Source: Styela clava (lineage: Eukaryota). Taken from it: a stretch of 64,000 bases of DNA. Under the pieces are notes generated by a model. It was not told the DNA's origin. It saw only the letters and a program-made list of their open reading frames with translations, and made no database searches. The stretch spans positions 8,184,001 to 8,248,000 of the forward strand of contig NC_135260.1 of NCBI RefSeq assembly GCF_964204865.1. Reading direction: 5' to 3'. Positions 14,392 to 28,412 of this stretch are shown here, one piece after another. The translations under genes were made by a program, and so were the position numbers. The first letter of the stretch is position 1; each line of letters opens with the position of its first letter.

Positions 14392-14859
14392 CAGGGTGGT
14401 CCAAACCCAGGCCCGCGGGACACATGTGGCCCACCGCTTCATTATCTATGGTTCGTGTCACATTCGGAGAGTAATCAAAAAATCGCATTTCGTGTTGTTT
14501 TGTAATAAAATTAATCAGAAAATCTTTTGACATATTGTTACATCACTAAATTGACTAGTGTTATGGCTAGCTGGGGCAACTAGCGAAGTTGAATGAGGTG
14601 CTTGGCAGTCTAAATTATTATCTGGCTTTCTATCTTTTTGGTCGGGAATATATGCTTACAATATAGGCATTATAGAAAACTAAAAATAGAATGCAGATTA
14701 TATTAGCCTGGGATAGCTATGTCTGATAACTATGTGTTTGCACAATATAAGCGTTTGTTTTGTTTTGCACTGTTTACCTATACTTGGCACTAATGTGGCC
14801 CGCGAAAAATGCAAAAATAATTTTGTGGCCCGCGGAGCCGGCAACCTTGGACCACCCTG
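14392..14859. mobile_element. hAT-family MITE
   Basis: TIRs cagggtggtccaa / ttggaccaccctg; perfect 8-bp TSD gtatagat (14384-14391, 14860-14867); ggcccgcg subterminal repeats. Confidence 0.93.
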
Positions 14860-15574
14860 GTATAGATTCTAGAACAAACAGTACCGAGCAGTACCGTCGA
14901 AGAATTGTAAACCGGGCGTAGGGGTAAGTTTGAGCTTGAATTAGGATTAAGCAAACAGCATTTTTCAAAAACACGAGACCAAATCTAAGTATGAGATATG
15001 CTGTATCTATCGTCCCACATGTTTTATATAATCCGCGCGAAATGAAGGGAATGTAGTTCGTTGAGCGCTATCTCGCTGAAATCGATTGGGAGAAATGCAA
15101 TTTCGGACAAGAAGTGTTCATATTGATTGTTTCGCCAGGTAGCCTACTGGCTATTGTGAAGGTGATTTACTTGTTGTAGGGCAAAAAAAGCCTTTCTTTT
15201 TTAATTTATGAATTCAATGTATATACTAGTGAATACTAAATCTAAACCTTGCTGTTTTATCCATTTTCTTATTTCGTCGCGTTTCCGCCAGCAAACTCGG
15301 TACCTTACCCTATACTTACCGATGCGCGACCTTTGTATCCATAATCGAGAATTGCTCCCTCAACCTTTCCTTTTGTGTACAAAATGAGTGCGAATCTTGT
15401 GCTTTCTCACGTGTTGTCGGTCTATTTGTATTTCGAAACATCACACGCAATCGTTTCTCAATTCAAAGCGAATAAACCAACAAAGAAGAATCTTCCATCG
15501 TTACCAAAGCATATCACACTGTTGTACATTGAACATTCCATCAGTTGTCAAGGTTCAATAGTTAGGGTGTTAAC

Positions 15575-15850
15575 CTGACATGGGCAAACTACGAACCGCG
15601 GGCCAAATACGACCCAATGGGTATTCAATCTGGACCACCCGATGCTGCAGCAACCAAACTAAAACCGAATTTTGATGTTCTATCTCAAATAAGTTCATGG
15701 AATTTGTTACGATTGAGATTAAATTTAGTCTTGGCACGAGGCTTATTGTTTTCCACTTTTGTAACACTGTAAATATTGTTCATAAAATGTAACCTTCTGC
15801 GTCACACTCATAAGGCCCGCCAGTCTATAAGGCAAACTTGTTGACCCATG
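15575..15850. mobile_element. Decayed hAT-like MITE
   Basis: Left end catgggcaaactacgaaccgcgggccaaat and right end ggcccgcc..ttgacccatg resemble hAT MITE ends. No clean TSD. Confidence 0.45.
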
Positions 15851-18082
15851 GATAAAAACCTTGCATTATATTAGCATTGCACGGCAGGAAGCTACTCCGA
15901 GGTTACACTATCCCCACCATATAGGCGTTGGAGAATAGTTAAAGAAATGCCAGCGCCTTCAGTCTCTTAAGGGCTGCATAAGAACTTCTTTTGTTCTATG
16001 TGTCAAATGTAGGCTTACTATACGTCTCGGTTTATCCAGGCATTTCCGGTTTTGACAAGCTGTCCCGCCCGGTAGACATGAACTGAACTGAGCAAGAACT
16101 GGTGTATTGTGTCATAGTTAGTATATGTTCATTGCAACGTTAACTTATCTGGCCATCAATATGATAAATAAAAAGCGTAAAAATACCAGGGACAATAATG
16201 TTTTCCTCAAACTAAATAAAAACTAAAAAGAGCTATCACGAGACCGGTATAGCATGTGCGGTTCATGTACTTTGAAACTGAATTCAATACCATGCCGTTA
16301 CCATGGCTTCGCCCGTTTGCGTAGAAAGCCTTTTTGTCAACACGTATAAATATTTAATAATTACACTGTTCGAGTAACAGAGCTGAAATTATTCTGCGAT
16401 TTTGTCATTATGAGTATCAACGTCTATTTCAGTGAAAATCTTATATATATTTCACCGTATTTTTTCGAGTTTAAAGTTTTTTTCCTCGTATTAGATACCA
16501 TTTTTCATTTTCTTAAAAAGTTTGCGTCAAAATTTATTTGAGTATATATAACTAGGAATCTAGCTGGAATATTGGAAATGATGTTGTAATATAAAATAAA
16601 AACTCGATTTAAACCTATGTGTATAAAAGCTCGTTGAACTTGCAAAAAAATAGTTAAGCTATCCACCAAGAATTAATAAGTTTCGTAAACGTGCATTATA
16701 CGTCGTATGACATGATGGTTATACACTCTGTCGTAATATTATCACTCAAGTGTAAAATGTTTTCTCCCTACAATATTGTGCAATATAATAATCTACATTT
16801 TACCTGTTATACAATCCCCCGGGTAAAGCCCTGATATTATACTGATTTCGATAGCAATCTTGATAATGACTAATTTGTGGTCTCTGATTCATTCTTAGTT
16901 CAATATATCTTATTTGCAGATGGAGTTACGATCTATTAACTTGGTTTCAATAAATAACATTTAGGGTAAATTAGGAGTGATGTTTGTTTGGTTTGGCTAT
17001 TAATCACACCACGAGACAATGTTCGTCGCAAAATCAATATATATATATATATTATTCACGTAGTTGTTAAAATGTTTCGGATGTATGACAAATGAATCAC
17101 TCAAGGTAAAGGTAGCCCACGTCATTTTATTGGATTGTTTTAGTAAGTGATAAAGAATGAATGTACATGTTATTAGTATCGTGTGCATTATAAATTATTC
17201 AAGAATTTCGCGGTTTTCTTACCTGTGAACGTCCCCATTAAATACTGTCCGGGCAAGTAAATTTCAACTCATTTTATCAACTTACATCTTCTATATGTAA
17301 CTCGACATTCCAGATATTGCTGATTCTAATATATAATATTGAATTCACAGAACATTTTACATAAATTACAAAGATCTTTACCGCAACTGAGCAAATTCAA
17401 AACATCTAACCCCCATGTCCATGACCTCAGAAATTTGATAACATTACACTCGAGAAGAATATTGGGAAACATACCTAAATTAAACTTGAATTTAGTGAAT
17501 TAGTCTGATAAATCTGGTTGCGAATATTTGAAGATATCTTGTATATAATTAAATGATCAGACAAATAACTTTATATTTCCATGTCAAGATCATGTTCTAC
17601 AATACATTTATCTTTTCTAAATATGATTAAAGATTCTCATTGTTCTTGTCCTAAACTAAAATTGAAAAAAGGTACATCAGAGAATATGAACAAACATAGC
17701 AAAACCAGCTTTACATTTTTAGTAATCACATGTTTCGACATTATTTGTTACAATTCCTGATTTATTTTACATTTGTATTTACGTTACTGCCTCAAAGTTC
17801 AAATTAAAATTCATAATCAGATTACGAAGTAGATAGGTGTTCGATAACCTATAGAGCATCAAGTATAAGTATATAAAGAAGTGAGAATGGGAGATAATAA
17901 TTAAGCAGCAGTACATATTACAAATTAATATCCTTAAACATAAAAATTAACTTGCATCATTTCAACAGCAGAAATATAATCAGATTTACATTTATGTATG
18001 TGGATATTTCAAACGTTTTGGCACAAATTACACATATCTTGTCTGGATACATTGCACAATACATAAATGGATAGGGATGCAT

Positions 18083-20985
18083 CTACTGTATAACAACATC
18101 TATTTTTGGCGGTTGCTCGGGTAGGGGCTCGTAACCATCCTCGAAGTCAGCACATTCAGAAAGATGCATCGCAAGCTCATCCCATCCTTCACCGATATCA
18201 GATAAAGTATCCATCAATCTTTTAAACTGCTCTGATGACACGTGTGCGTCTCTTGAATACACTACAATTTTGTTACGAACTGTAACATAAATGAATTATT
18301 TCACACATAGTGGAAAATATTAACTTAGTAATATACCACTGAAGCATATCTCACATGTAGTAATGCTTAAAAGTAATACTGAAAATAAAAACAGCAAGAC
18401 AGTAAACCTAATATTTTTTCTGAACAATATCTTCATAGTGAAGTTTTTGCAAGAATATGATTGAATAAAATAATAAAGAATTCTAATTGACTCACCGTTT
18501 TCTTGCATCAACATAATCATAAAATTATCGTAGTCAGTGATCATTACATATTTTCCATTGAACATGTCTTCGATAAACCTGATTTCTAGAAAATAAAAAA
18601 TTTATCGGCGGGGTAGCTTCTCGTTAACAGGAGATGAACACCAGTTTGTCACAGTATTGCATAGTTTTTTTAATAAATTAACTGAATATTATATATGTTT
18701 AAATACGATCACATTGTCTCGTGCATGCGGTATGTTTTTTCCAGTTCCAGTTTACACGTGGAAAAAAATTTCGCCCAGTTCAGTCGATATTGTATGTCAA
18801 ATAGCCCAATGAAACGGTGGATAATATTTAAAGGTTTATTATTATGGTTTAATAGAATTGGTAATCTTAATCCGTATTGGAGGAGCAATCTGAGCGTCCA
18901 TTTAATTTTGTTTTCGACTGTACCAATAATGAATTTCTCGTTATTCACTGCAATATAATATTATATATAGTAATCAAAAAATAATAATAGAGACACGTAC
19001 GACGTTTGCTTTCTCTATCTCTCTCACCAAAACTGCCATCCCCGCTAAATGTTGTCCACCTGGTACCAGAGCCGGACCCATAATTCGGTCCGTCGTCAAC
19101 TTGATAGCCAGGTCCGGTATTTGGAATAAAGCTTTGCTCTGAACCATAATTCGACATTCCATTGCCCGAATAGAACCCGCCATTGTCCAGGTTTCCATAA
19201 CCATCTCCAGACCCATATCTAGGGCCAGAATTGTAGCCAGGTCCATCGCCAGTCATGTAACCCATCATGTCCCCGAGTCCGCCTAGGAGGTCGTATCCCG
19301 AACCGTAATTTCCCTCGGACCCGTCATCACTGCCTTTTTCGTAATATGGCATAATCCTAGGTTCAGAAGCCGGTCCTGCATATTCATAATTGGACCCTTG
19401 TCTTCCGTATCCTGTCGTACATAAAAATGGGTTGAAATAATCAATAACAATTCCTGGCGTGAATACAACGAATTGACTAACTTCAGAGCCGAACTTTTAA
19501 GCCGGTTCGCTATTTTATAGGGTACAGACTTCACAAGTTGAAATGAAGCACTAATAATCATCGAATTTATTTTGTTCGGAAAAAGTGGAATTGGCCAAAA
19601 GTATTGCCATTCTATTTTTTACGTGCATTCTAGCATTTACGACGTAGATTAAAATATTGAAAAGTTATGCAAAAAACAATATGTTTGTATGATTTACCTT
19701 GGAAGTCTTCCCATTCATATTTACATCCATACTTCTTACCACGAATTCGCATTTTACGATAAGATTTTTGCCTACAAAATACAACGAACTTGAATTTGAG
19801 TTTACTACGACAACTAGTGGATTAACTGTCTTATACAAATCACATTTTAACCCGGTACACAAACCGCCTAGGATACCCTTCGTTTGGACAATCGCGACCA
19901 ATTGATATCCAATCAATTAAGATTTGCTTAATCTTCCAATATATGTACAATAGAACGATACAAGTAAAAACAAATGACCTCATTGATCTTACTTCCCTGA
20001 AAAAGTGCTATGTGTTTGTTGCTCATCATTATATATATATATTATATAGTCATCGCACTACATTCTGTACTAAAGGAGATTATTGTACCGTTTTTCTTAC
20101 CCAATATTGTATTCAATTATTTCGACTTCCATCATTTCATTCCCTCCCTTAATTTTATTCATTCCGAAACATTTTCCGTCGTCAGGATATTCCAAAGATG
20201 ACATAATTTGGTACCATCGGCCTGAAGCCTGCAGAGAATGAGAAAATAAGGACCGAGTTTTGGTAAACACGATGGATTACTTTGTTTCAAACAGAACATC
20301 TTTCCCAGAAATAAAAACAAACAATTTTTGCAGTACGTTGCGATATCGAAGTCTTTTTCAAGTAATGAGCCGAAAATGCCCAAAACCGAGAAAATACTTC
20401 ACTCATCACTTTAAAGTGTGTTATCATCTGTTCTACACAAATAAAAATTTGGCGTAGTTCTTGCACAAAAAAAGCTTAGTTATTCTTTCTGAAGGTGAGT
20501 CCGGTTCGAAAGTTAGTGTGAGCTAATAATTTTTATAAATACTGATCACCAACTGATACTGATTATACCAACGGTTTTTATCTGATTTGTCGAATTTCCA
20601 CAGCGCTTATATGCATTTCGAAATATTTTAAATCTATTAATTTTACATTAAACGTCCGATGCAAATCTATCAGTACATTGTCTAATATTATGCGTGATAT
20701 TATATAAGTTTAATGAAAAGCATCGCATTTATCGGATTTTTACCTTTTCACATTATTTTCTAACGATAATATCAAATTCAAACTGTTTTTTTGAGATACC
20801 TTGTCCCAATCGATTTCCTCCTGGGATGGCAAAGTACATTTCCTTTTATTTGCAGAGTTACCTGGGGGCTCAACTTTAGGTGGAGATGAAAATTCATTGG
20901 TGTAAACAGGTATAGGTGTGACGAAATTGATTTCAAATATTACAAAAACTACTGCAAGCATCTCAAATCGTTTCATGCGTGCCAT
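18083..20985 (-). CDS. Secreted lipocalin (calycin fold) with a large Gly/Tyr/Ser/Asp-rich insertion; 6 exons, about 361 aa
   Basis: Exons on the minus strand: 20800-20985, 20101-20228, 19698-19771, 19001-19411, 18496-18585, 18083-18279, all phases compatible. Hydrophobic signal-like N-terminus; lipocalin SCR1 IDWDKASGRWYQI, SCR2 VMITDYDNF, SCR3 VVYSRD; C-terminal Cys. Confidence 0.85.
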
Positions 20986-21058
20986 AATTCTCTCCGTTCA
21001 GAAAACACTGGAACCTTCCTAAACTAAACTAAATGAATCTTTGGAATACATCCACGAC

Positions 21059-21064
21059 TTTATA
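21059..21064 (-). promoter_or_regulatory. Putative TATA box of the lipocalin gene
   Basis: TATAAA on the minus strand about 75 bp upstream of the ATG at 20985. Confidence 0.4.
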
Positions 21065-23053
21065 CATCTCGCTATTATAATTACTATGGAACTTTGGTCA
21101 AGCACCGTAGATATAATATCCATATCCCATGGAGGATATCCGTCATTGAAATGCAATATGGAGTTTGAACTATTTTAACGAATAATTCTGATGATCCCGT
21201 TATATGTCATTTTTAGGACAGAATTACGAACTTACGCATTTCTAATATCTCCTCCCCAAAAACTGTTTTTTTAGCTACCAACTGACCATACATTACATTC
21301 AATTAAATTATTTTTTTCCTTACCCACTTTTTACGAATTTCATACTTAATTTAGGGAATAACCCTGAAATAATTTTGAAATTCGAATTGATTATTTTAAC
21401 TAAATTCATCGTTCACATATATTGATAGAATTGTGTAGTGTATTGTACGTATCAAAATCGAACTGCAAACCAATGAAAGCTACAACGACTTCCCCCAACA
21501 TTCGTGTAGAATTTCACGCTGATGCAATTGCGGTAATGCTTGGTGTTGCAAAACCAGTTCGGTCTTCATACAATCCTCCTGATTCAATTTTTCTTTGTAA
21601 ATGGCAGAGCTGTCATACCATCCCAATACGCATTTACCACAGTTCTTATGCTTAATGTAATTTTTGGCCGGAAATATGAACCGCATATGTATATATATTA
21701 CTTGTATTGCTTACTGAATATAAGTTGAATCATTGAACATATGTAAAACAAATATTCAAAGCGGGATAAATGTAAGATCCAAGCTAAGACTGCGATACAA
21801 ATGGATTTCCGGTTGCGATGACCTTTGGTATTCTGTGATCATCCAGCAAAGAAGTAATAATGTTTACAGTTGAAATGAGCCTCAATCATAAATGAGGATT
21901 TCCTGTTAGAACATTTTTGTAAAGTTATAACATCATGATACAATTAAAGATAATTAAAGTGATAAATTAACATCTTTATATTTTCCACTCGAATTATATT
22001 TTATGGAATATTCAGTGGAGCGAACATGTTATTCAAGTTCCAACTGGACGATCTCGTATTGGTTTAGACTGCCTTGAACAAGTAAAATCCTAATTTTTAT
22101 TGAAAAAAAAAAAAAAAAATTGCTCAACGTTATTATACTTAATCGGGAATACAGACTTCCCTTACAACCATGGGTGCCGAATACAAAATTTCGGATTGTA
22201 AAACATTTACGGTGATAATTTAAGATGGACACAAATCTAGCTTATTTAAGGTTTCTAGTCGAACTCTTTGGTTTTATTCACATTCAGAAATACGTACCTG
22301 TAACGCCCTTCATTTTCGATTTATTACGTAAGCAGACTGAGGTAATCAGGGTATTGATGAGAACTTCCGGTACCGTGGCCATGACAAAGATTGTAGTCAC
22401 AATACAATATTCTACTAAAAAAAGCAGTCAGATCAAATAGGATTTGTAACACCCAATCATATCCACGTACCAGGCGATCATTTTGTTACTCGCAAAACTG
22501 GCCCTTAATCAGTGCTTACTGTAAGCCCGATAACTATTGAACCCCGCCCTATCATGTAGTTGCATTGAATACTATATGATTCTAGTTATTTTGTCAGTTT
22601 TTCTATATATCATTCTCGTCCCATTATTTTTGTCACGCATTTCACAATGCAGCCTGGATTATTGATTGTCGCAATTTATATCTGTGCACTTACAAGTTTG
22701 AGGTTTGACATGGCAGGTTGATGTTAGGCCGGGGGCGATAACACTGATCGTGGTCCTAACTTTTCGTTCCAGAATTTCATATTTTTGTTTTCATAATCTG
22801 TGGTTTCATTGGCTTAAACTTCATCAGCTGCTGATTGCAGTCTAAGATTCGAGGAACAAACGAATTTAAAAAAATAACTTCGTCAATTATAGCAGAGAGA
22901 ATATGCTTTCAAATTTAGATAATGATACCCCGGACGCCCAATCGGACCTTGGTTTTAATCGATCTGTAAGCAAACATCCTTAGTATCGACCTCATTTTCG
23001 CATATTTGTTACAGAAAAACGTAAAATTTTAATTTATTTGTGCTATTATAAAA

Positions 23054-25284
23054 ATGTCCAGCACTGTCCAGAATATTGGATCAGAAATGTCGCTAGAGGA
23101 ATGGGAAAACGTCTACTGGAAGAAAGATTTTACACCGTTCCACAAAACCGACGGACCTCACACGTAATATATATACTAAATAATAGAAAAAGTGGGAAAA
23201 CTTTTTTAAGAGCCTGGAGCCAAGAAGTTATGGGCCCCAATGAGTACACGATAGATGCCCATTTCATCGATTATACTTTCTAGTGTTTTATTGCAGGTTG
23301 TTGATTGAATTCTATGATTTTATATTCGGATTGAAACAAAGACATCGTATATTTGTCCCGTTATGTGGAAAAACTAAAAGCATGTTGTGGTATGTACTTT
23401 TCTTTAACTAATACTTACCGGTACCCACATCACACTATCCAATGCCTACATATCCAGTTAGAACTGCATTCTTAGCGTTGCAGATTCATGACTTAGTTGT
23501 GCAAGAGACAGTAGTCGCGACCAGAAAACACCCAGGGTTGGTTTACCTGGGCTTGTAATGGTAACAGGCATCAACTTCTCGTGAAAAATATGAGTAGCCA
23601 TGTTGAAAGTGGTTTCCCTTCCTTTTGCTCAAGTCGTTGAACCGAAGTTTCCGACCTGAAATTATCGCTTCGTTTATGCTATCCCACAATATATTGAAGT
23701 ATCCTAATGTTATTTAGGTTGGCAAGCAAAGGTCATGATGTTGTTGGACTTGAATATTCACCGATAGCAGTGAAAAGTTTTTTTGACGATAATGGTTTGC
23801 TTTTCGAATGCTCTGACCATACCAACAGCAAACTAAAGATTTTCAAGGTTTGTTTAAATTTTATGTTTATTGACTTGAAATGCTTTCCATCTTTCATATA
23901 TATAGCTATAACAAAACGTGAAAACACCGATATATACTCACAATTCCTTGATGTAAAATTCTGTAAGTTCATAATCGATTTTAACTCAGATTAGTATTGT
24001 ATCGGAGGTTCTATTTAATCATTCAGGCTGTAGGATTGAATATCACAATTTTCCAAGGCGATATATTTGATGCAAATGCACAAGTTCTGGGTACATTTGA
24101 CGTCATTTGGGATAGAGGAAGTTTCACGTCAATTTATCCTCCCAAAAGGCCAAGGTAAACGAGATATATATACTTGAAAACAATATTTGATCGTTGACAT
24201 ATACATATCACGGAAGCGTGATATATGTGAGATATTGACAGGGGAGGGCAGCCACCCCGGGCATCACGTTGTAGAGGTGCGTTTGTTGGTTAGCTTGATG
24301 AATTAATTCATAGCTTCTCAGAGTGCTCCGTGCGATTTTTTCCATTTCAATAAATTTGTTGTGGATCTCCGTAAATAATTGTCAACCGCTTCAGGGGCTC
24401 CATAACACCAGAAGTTTGAGAACCCTTTGATTTAAATAATAATATTGCAAATATTTGACTCTTCCTTGACCTTTAATTCATTCAATCACACGTATAACAT
24501 CTATAATTTGTTTTTCCCCCAAATTATTTTCAAGTTAGTTTAAGTTAAGTTTAAATATATAAGAGGCATCATTTTCAGAAACTGGCCCCGGCAGCAGAAA
24601 AGTTTGGCACGCTCCTGGTTATTGTATAAATATATATGAAATCACTGATATATCAATATGGTGGTAAAAAATGTTAATACATGATATGCTGTTTACGTAC
24701 AGTGTGATTTTTATCCAAAATAGGTATCTTGAATTGATGAGATCCATACTTGAAAAGAGTGGTTCATACATGTTAAACTCATTTCATTTTGAAGCAATTC
24801 ATAAAGGGCCACCATACCATGTTGAGACTGATATCTTGCACAAAATGGCAGGTGATATTCTTACTAAATTATATAAAAATTGGAAATTAGGCATTGACTA
24901 TGATTTTATTCGATGCAAACAATTACAAAATTATTTATAGAATGAATACCTTATCTTATATACGCAAAGGACATGGTTCAAGAACGTTTTGGTCGATTTT
25001 GTTTAATTCGTATCTATTTGCATTATGCTCCTAAGTGAAATCATCGACTTTCTTCATATGAAATAGTATCATAAAATCATCTGTTTTTGTGTAGAAACCT
25101 GAATAGGTTATACCATGAAAGTCTTGGGTGTTGAAACTACATTCTTTGAAAGTGACAATAAACCCATCTGTTTTCAGATGGAATGTTTGACAGCAAGGTT
25201 CTCCTGTCAAAGAAAAGCCCGGACTGGATTGTTTCGGGGAGTGAGTTACACAGTGTTCTGATAAAACTTACCATTTCGAAATAA
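23054..25284 (+). CDS. TPMT: Thiopurine S-methyltransferase-family SAM-dependent methyltransferase, 6 exons
   Basis: Exons 23054-23163, 23297-23389, 23718-23847, 24027-24154, 24724-24851, 25178-25284. Motifs EEWENVYWKKDFTPFH, RIFVPLCGK, LASKGHDVVGLEYS, QGDIF, FDVIWDRGSF, GPPYHV. The last exon is the least certain. The symbol denotes family, not proven orthology. Confidence 0.88.
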
Positions 25285-25753
25285 AAATCTAATTTTAAAA
25301 CTTGCACTGAATAAATGAACATACACACACACATATACTATTACTCATTACATTCGACCTCGCTTTGGACAGCCAAAGATTTCATTACTTAGGCATAGGA
25401 TGCATTCAAGAAATTCGCCAACAAGCGCTTGTCAAACGCTTAAACTGCATGAAGACTTGGGATATCGATTGGTCCCCAATTGCGACTTCACATAAATTGT
25501 GCCTAATTGATGTGATATATCGTAGTAGTATATATTTACGGATATATATAACTTGAAATGTGGACATGACAACTTGGTGGTATCTGAATTTCTCAAAGGC
25601 CTATATATTGAAGTTTTTGGGATAAAACATCTTTTATAGAACAGCTTCCATAATGATATCTGCTGAATGAAATATCTAGCGGATATGATAGTATGTAGTC
25701 ATCTATGACGATGGGCGGCTTGGTGAGTCTGTAGGGTACAGGGTAGATGTAGC

Positions 25754-27430
25754 CAGGGGCGGATTAAGCCCCTTTGGTGCCCTAAGCACTGAAGAATTTG
25801 GTGCCCCCTCATGTGTAATTTGATTATAAAAACAATATAACCACATAAGTGTATTATCCATTAAAAATAATCACAACCAACAGTAAATAAACAACTTTTA
25901 CGAACATTCTTAGGTTTTTTAACTGTTATATAAAGTCACAACTGTAGTTTGAAATTTTACCGGTACCTAGTAGTCTACCTCAGAGTGGTTCAAGGTTGCT
26001 AGGTTGAAGGACCGCAAAAACTTTTGAGGAGGTCTCGCGGGCCGCAAGTCGGAGAAAACCCAAAAGTGATCAAAATATCGCGAGTTTACTTACTTTAAAT
26101 TTAATAAACAACGAGAGTTTACCGTTCTAATCAGACTCTTATTATGTTGCATGGTTGGCGTTCGTTTAAAGAAGATATATAAAGCCTTCAGTTATTACTT
26201 ATCGATCTTAAGATATTAAGGTATTTGTCTGTATGTTAGATGCACGCGATATCTCACGAAAGCGAGGTTGAATCTGCTCTAAATTTTGCATGTGCATTTA
26301 TCATAGCTCGGATCAGGAGCCTATTGATTTAAGATGGATTATGTCTTATAATTAGCGAGTTATTATTTAATTAGTGATGGGACACATGATGTCATTATGG
26401 AGTAAGACCACTGTTTTGGGGGATCCCCTAACCTTCGATCGATAAGTCTTCGGTTTCTAACCGATATTCTAGAGTTAATTCCCGAGAATTACCGTTGTAT
26501 TTTGCGCATCTCGCGTATAATGTAGCCTCAAATTATATTCTTTCGTGACAGATATTACTTGAAATCAAACCAGAAACTGCGTGATGGGCAAGAAAATACA
26601 TTTCCGCCGTGTTCTCTTATGTCACCTTTCTTGCGATTGTTATATTGAGTAATTTAAAAACTTACAGCTGAGCAAGCTTAGTGACATCGTCAAATACCAA
26701 CCAAGTCAGTCTAAGTTGGTTTTCCTGACCTAGCTAAAAAAAATGGATTACGCGGCGTTAAGTCGGTTCTGCGTTTCGCCACTACTGTCACATGGCCGAA
26801 GCTTGTAAACAGAGGAGTGTTTTTACTAAAATAAAGGCACAAAGCGTTAGAAAAAGGGTTTGAATTCCGGGATCCCAACCCCAGTTGGAATATCTAAAAA
26901 AACTCAAAAACGTTACTCCATTAGATACAAATATACGCTAAAATTGTTTTGTGAGCCGCACGGAATGTATCAGCATGACAGAGTTTGGACCACCCTGGTC
27001 TACCTTATCAGGAAACTCCCGACTTTGCTGACCAATATATCGTTGAAATGCGATTGTGGAACCGCCACATAGTGTAAATAGTTCATTGGTCCAATTGTTG
27101 AAGAGAATAGAATTTTTTTCAAAATAAAAATGCAGAAACAAGGTGAATACCAGAAAGAAAAAACAACAACAATTTAAGAAAACGACTCATAGGCCCATTT
27201 CGTGTCCAATAAATAAGTTTCAGTGTTTGTTTTTAGTAAAGAAGGTTAATATGATACTTGAAGACAAAAATAGGCGAACATTTTGAAGTTTGAGTCGCCT
27301 GGTGAACTCCTAATATTTTAATAAATACCGATAAACTATATAAAATTCTGCTCTAAAATTTCTGTGGTGCCCCTCTTTGCTTGGTGCCCTAAGCACGTGC
27401 TTATATTGTTTAATGGTTAATCCGGCGCTG
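25754..27430. mobile_element. hAT-family non-autonomous element (outer member of a nested pair)
   Basis: TIRs caggggcggattaa / ttaatccggcgctg; ggtgccc subterminal repeats at both ends; perfect 8-bp TSD gatgtagc (25746-25753, 27431-27438). Confidence 0.9.
25981..26997. mobile_element. hAT-family non-autonomous element nested in the 25754-27430 element
   Basis: TIRs cagagtggttcaa / ttggaccaccctg; perfect 8-bp TSD gtctacct (25973-25980, 26998-27005). The TIR matches the 14392-14859 element. Confidence 0.9.
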
Positions 27431-28163
27431 GATGTAGCCTACACTGTACAGGCTATTATGGTAAGCTATGACTAAGCAGTATCTACTGTTTCCGTCAAAT
27501 TCAGAGTGGTGAACATCCGACTGTGGAAATCTGATTCAACTGCAGGCATCGGAATTTTCGCAAAAATTTATCTTGGCAGTTTAGGAAAAAAAGGTGGTAG
27601 AAAATTATCATCCTCGCCAAGCGATATTTCCACGACAATACAAATCTTACTTTGTTCCAGCAGTTCAATACGACACTTCAATGTAGGATTTTTAATTTAA
27701 CGAGACGAATATCCATCATCATTCTGCAATAAAAAGGTGGGTTTTTCTGTATTATAAATGTAAAGTCGATCCTTCCACGCGGACTACAACCTACACCGAA
27801 AACAAGCATTCTTGCAATCGCAGAGTTTATTTTGAGCCTGGTGCAGACTGGAACGTATTAATCGTTCACTGAAGCGTGACAAAATAAGTCTGTTTTCGAA
27901 TAACGCGATCGTCGCGTATAGAAGCGTATGGCAAATTTGTTAGGCTCAGTGAATTGATCGAAGTGTACGATTAAGCTCAGAGAAATCGTGTGAATAAGTA
28001 TCGGAAGTTATGGAATTTTAGTATACAGGTGTCGTTGATACACTTCAGTTTATTATTGTCGCACTACAGAAGGTTTAACACGTATTCTATAGCTTTCAAT
28101 AGTGAAAATCCTCAGACATATGTGTGAAACGACTCCTCGCTTATAACCCCGGCTGGTTACCGC

Positions 28164-28174
28164 GGGGATTCCCC
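28164..28174. promoter_or_regulatory. NF-kB site upstream of IAP copy B
   Basis: GGGGATTCCCC, a perfect symmetric kB consensus, about 240 bp upstream of the ATG at 28413; AP-1 site TGACTCA at 28335-28341. Confidence 0.55.
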
Positions 28175-28412
28175 TGGTAGTGCAGAACATTTGAAGGCAG
28201 TTGAAATCACGATAAACATAATGGAATAGCCTATAGGCACGTAATGTTTACTATTTTCTTTTACCACTTTCATTTACTATTTCGCAATTGAGTAATTCTT
28301 ATTTGACAACGCGCGCGAGCACAGATGTGGTAAATGACTCATACAGTATTATTAAAATCTGTAGTTCTACGCATAGCCACAGTTTAATTTGTTGACCAGG
28401 ATAAACATAGAA

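Noticed and set aside
18945-19352. Stand-alone Gly-rich gene from the ORF track
   Set aside because: It is bounded by good splice sites whose phases match the flanking lipocalin exons, so it is better read as an internal exon.
23470-23660. Possible SINE or ncRNA in TPMT intron 2
   Set aside because: GC-richer patch, but no identifiable A/B boxes, tail or TSD.
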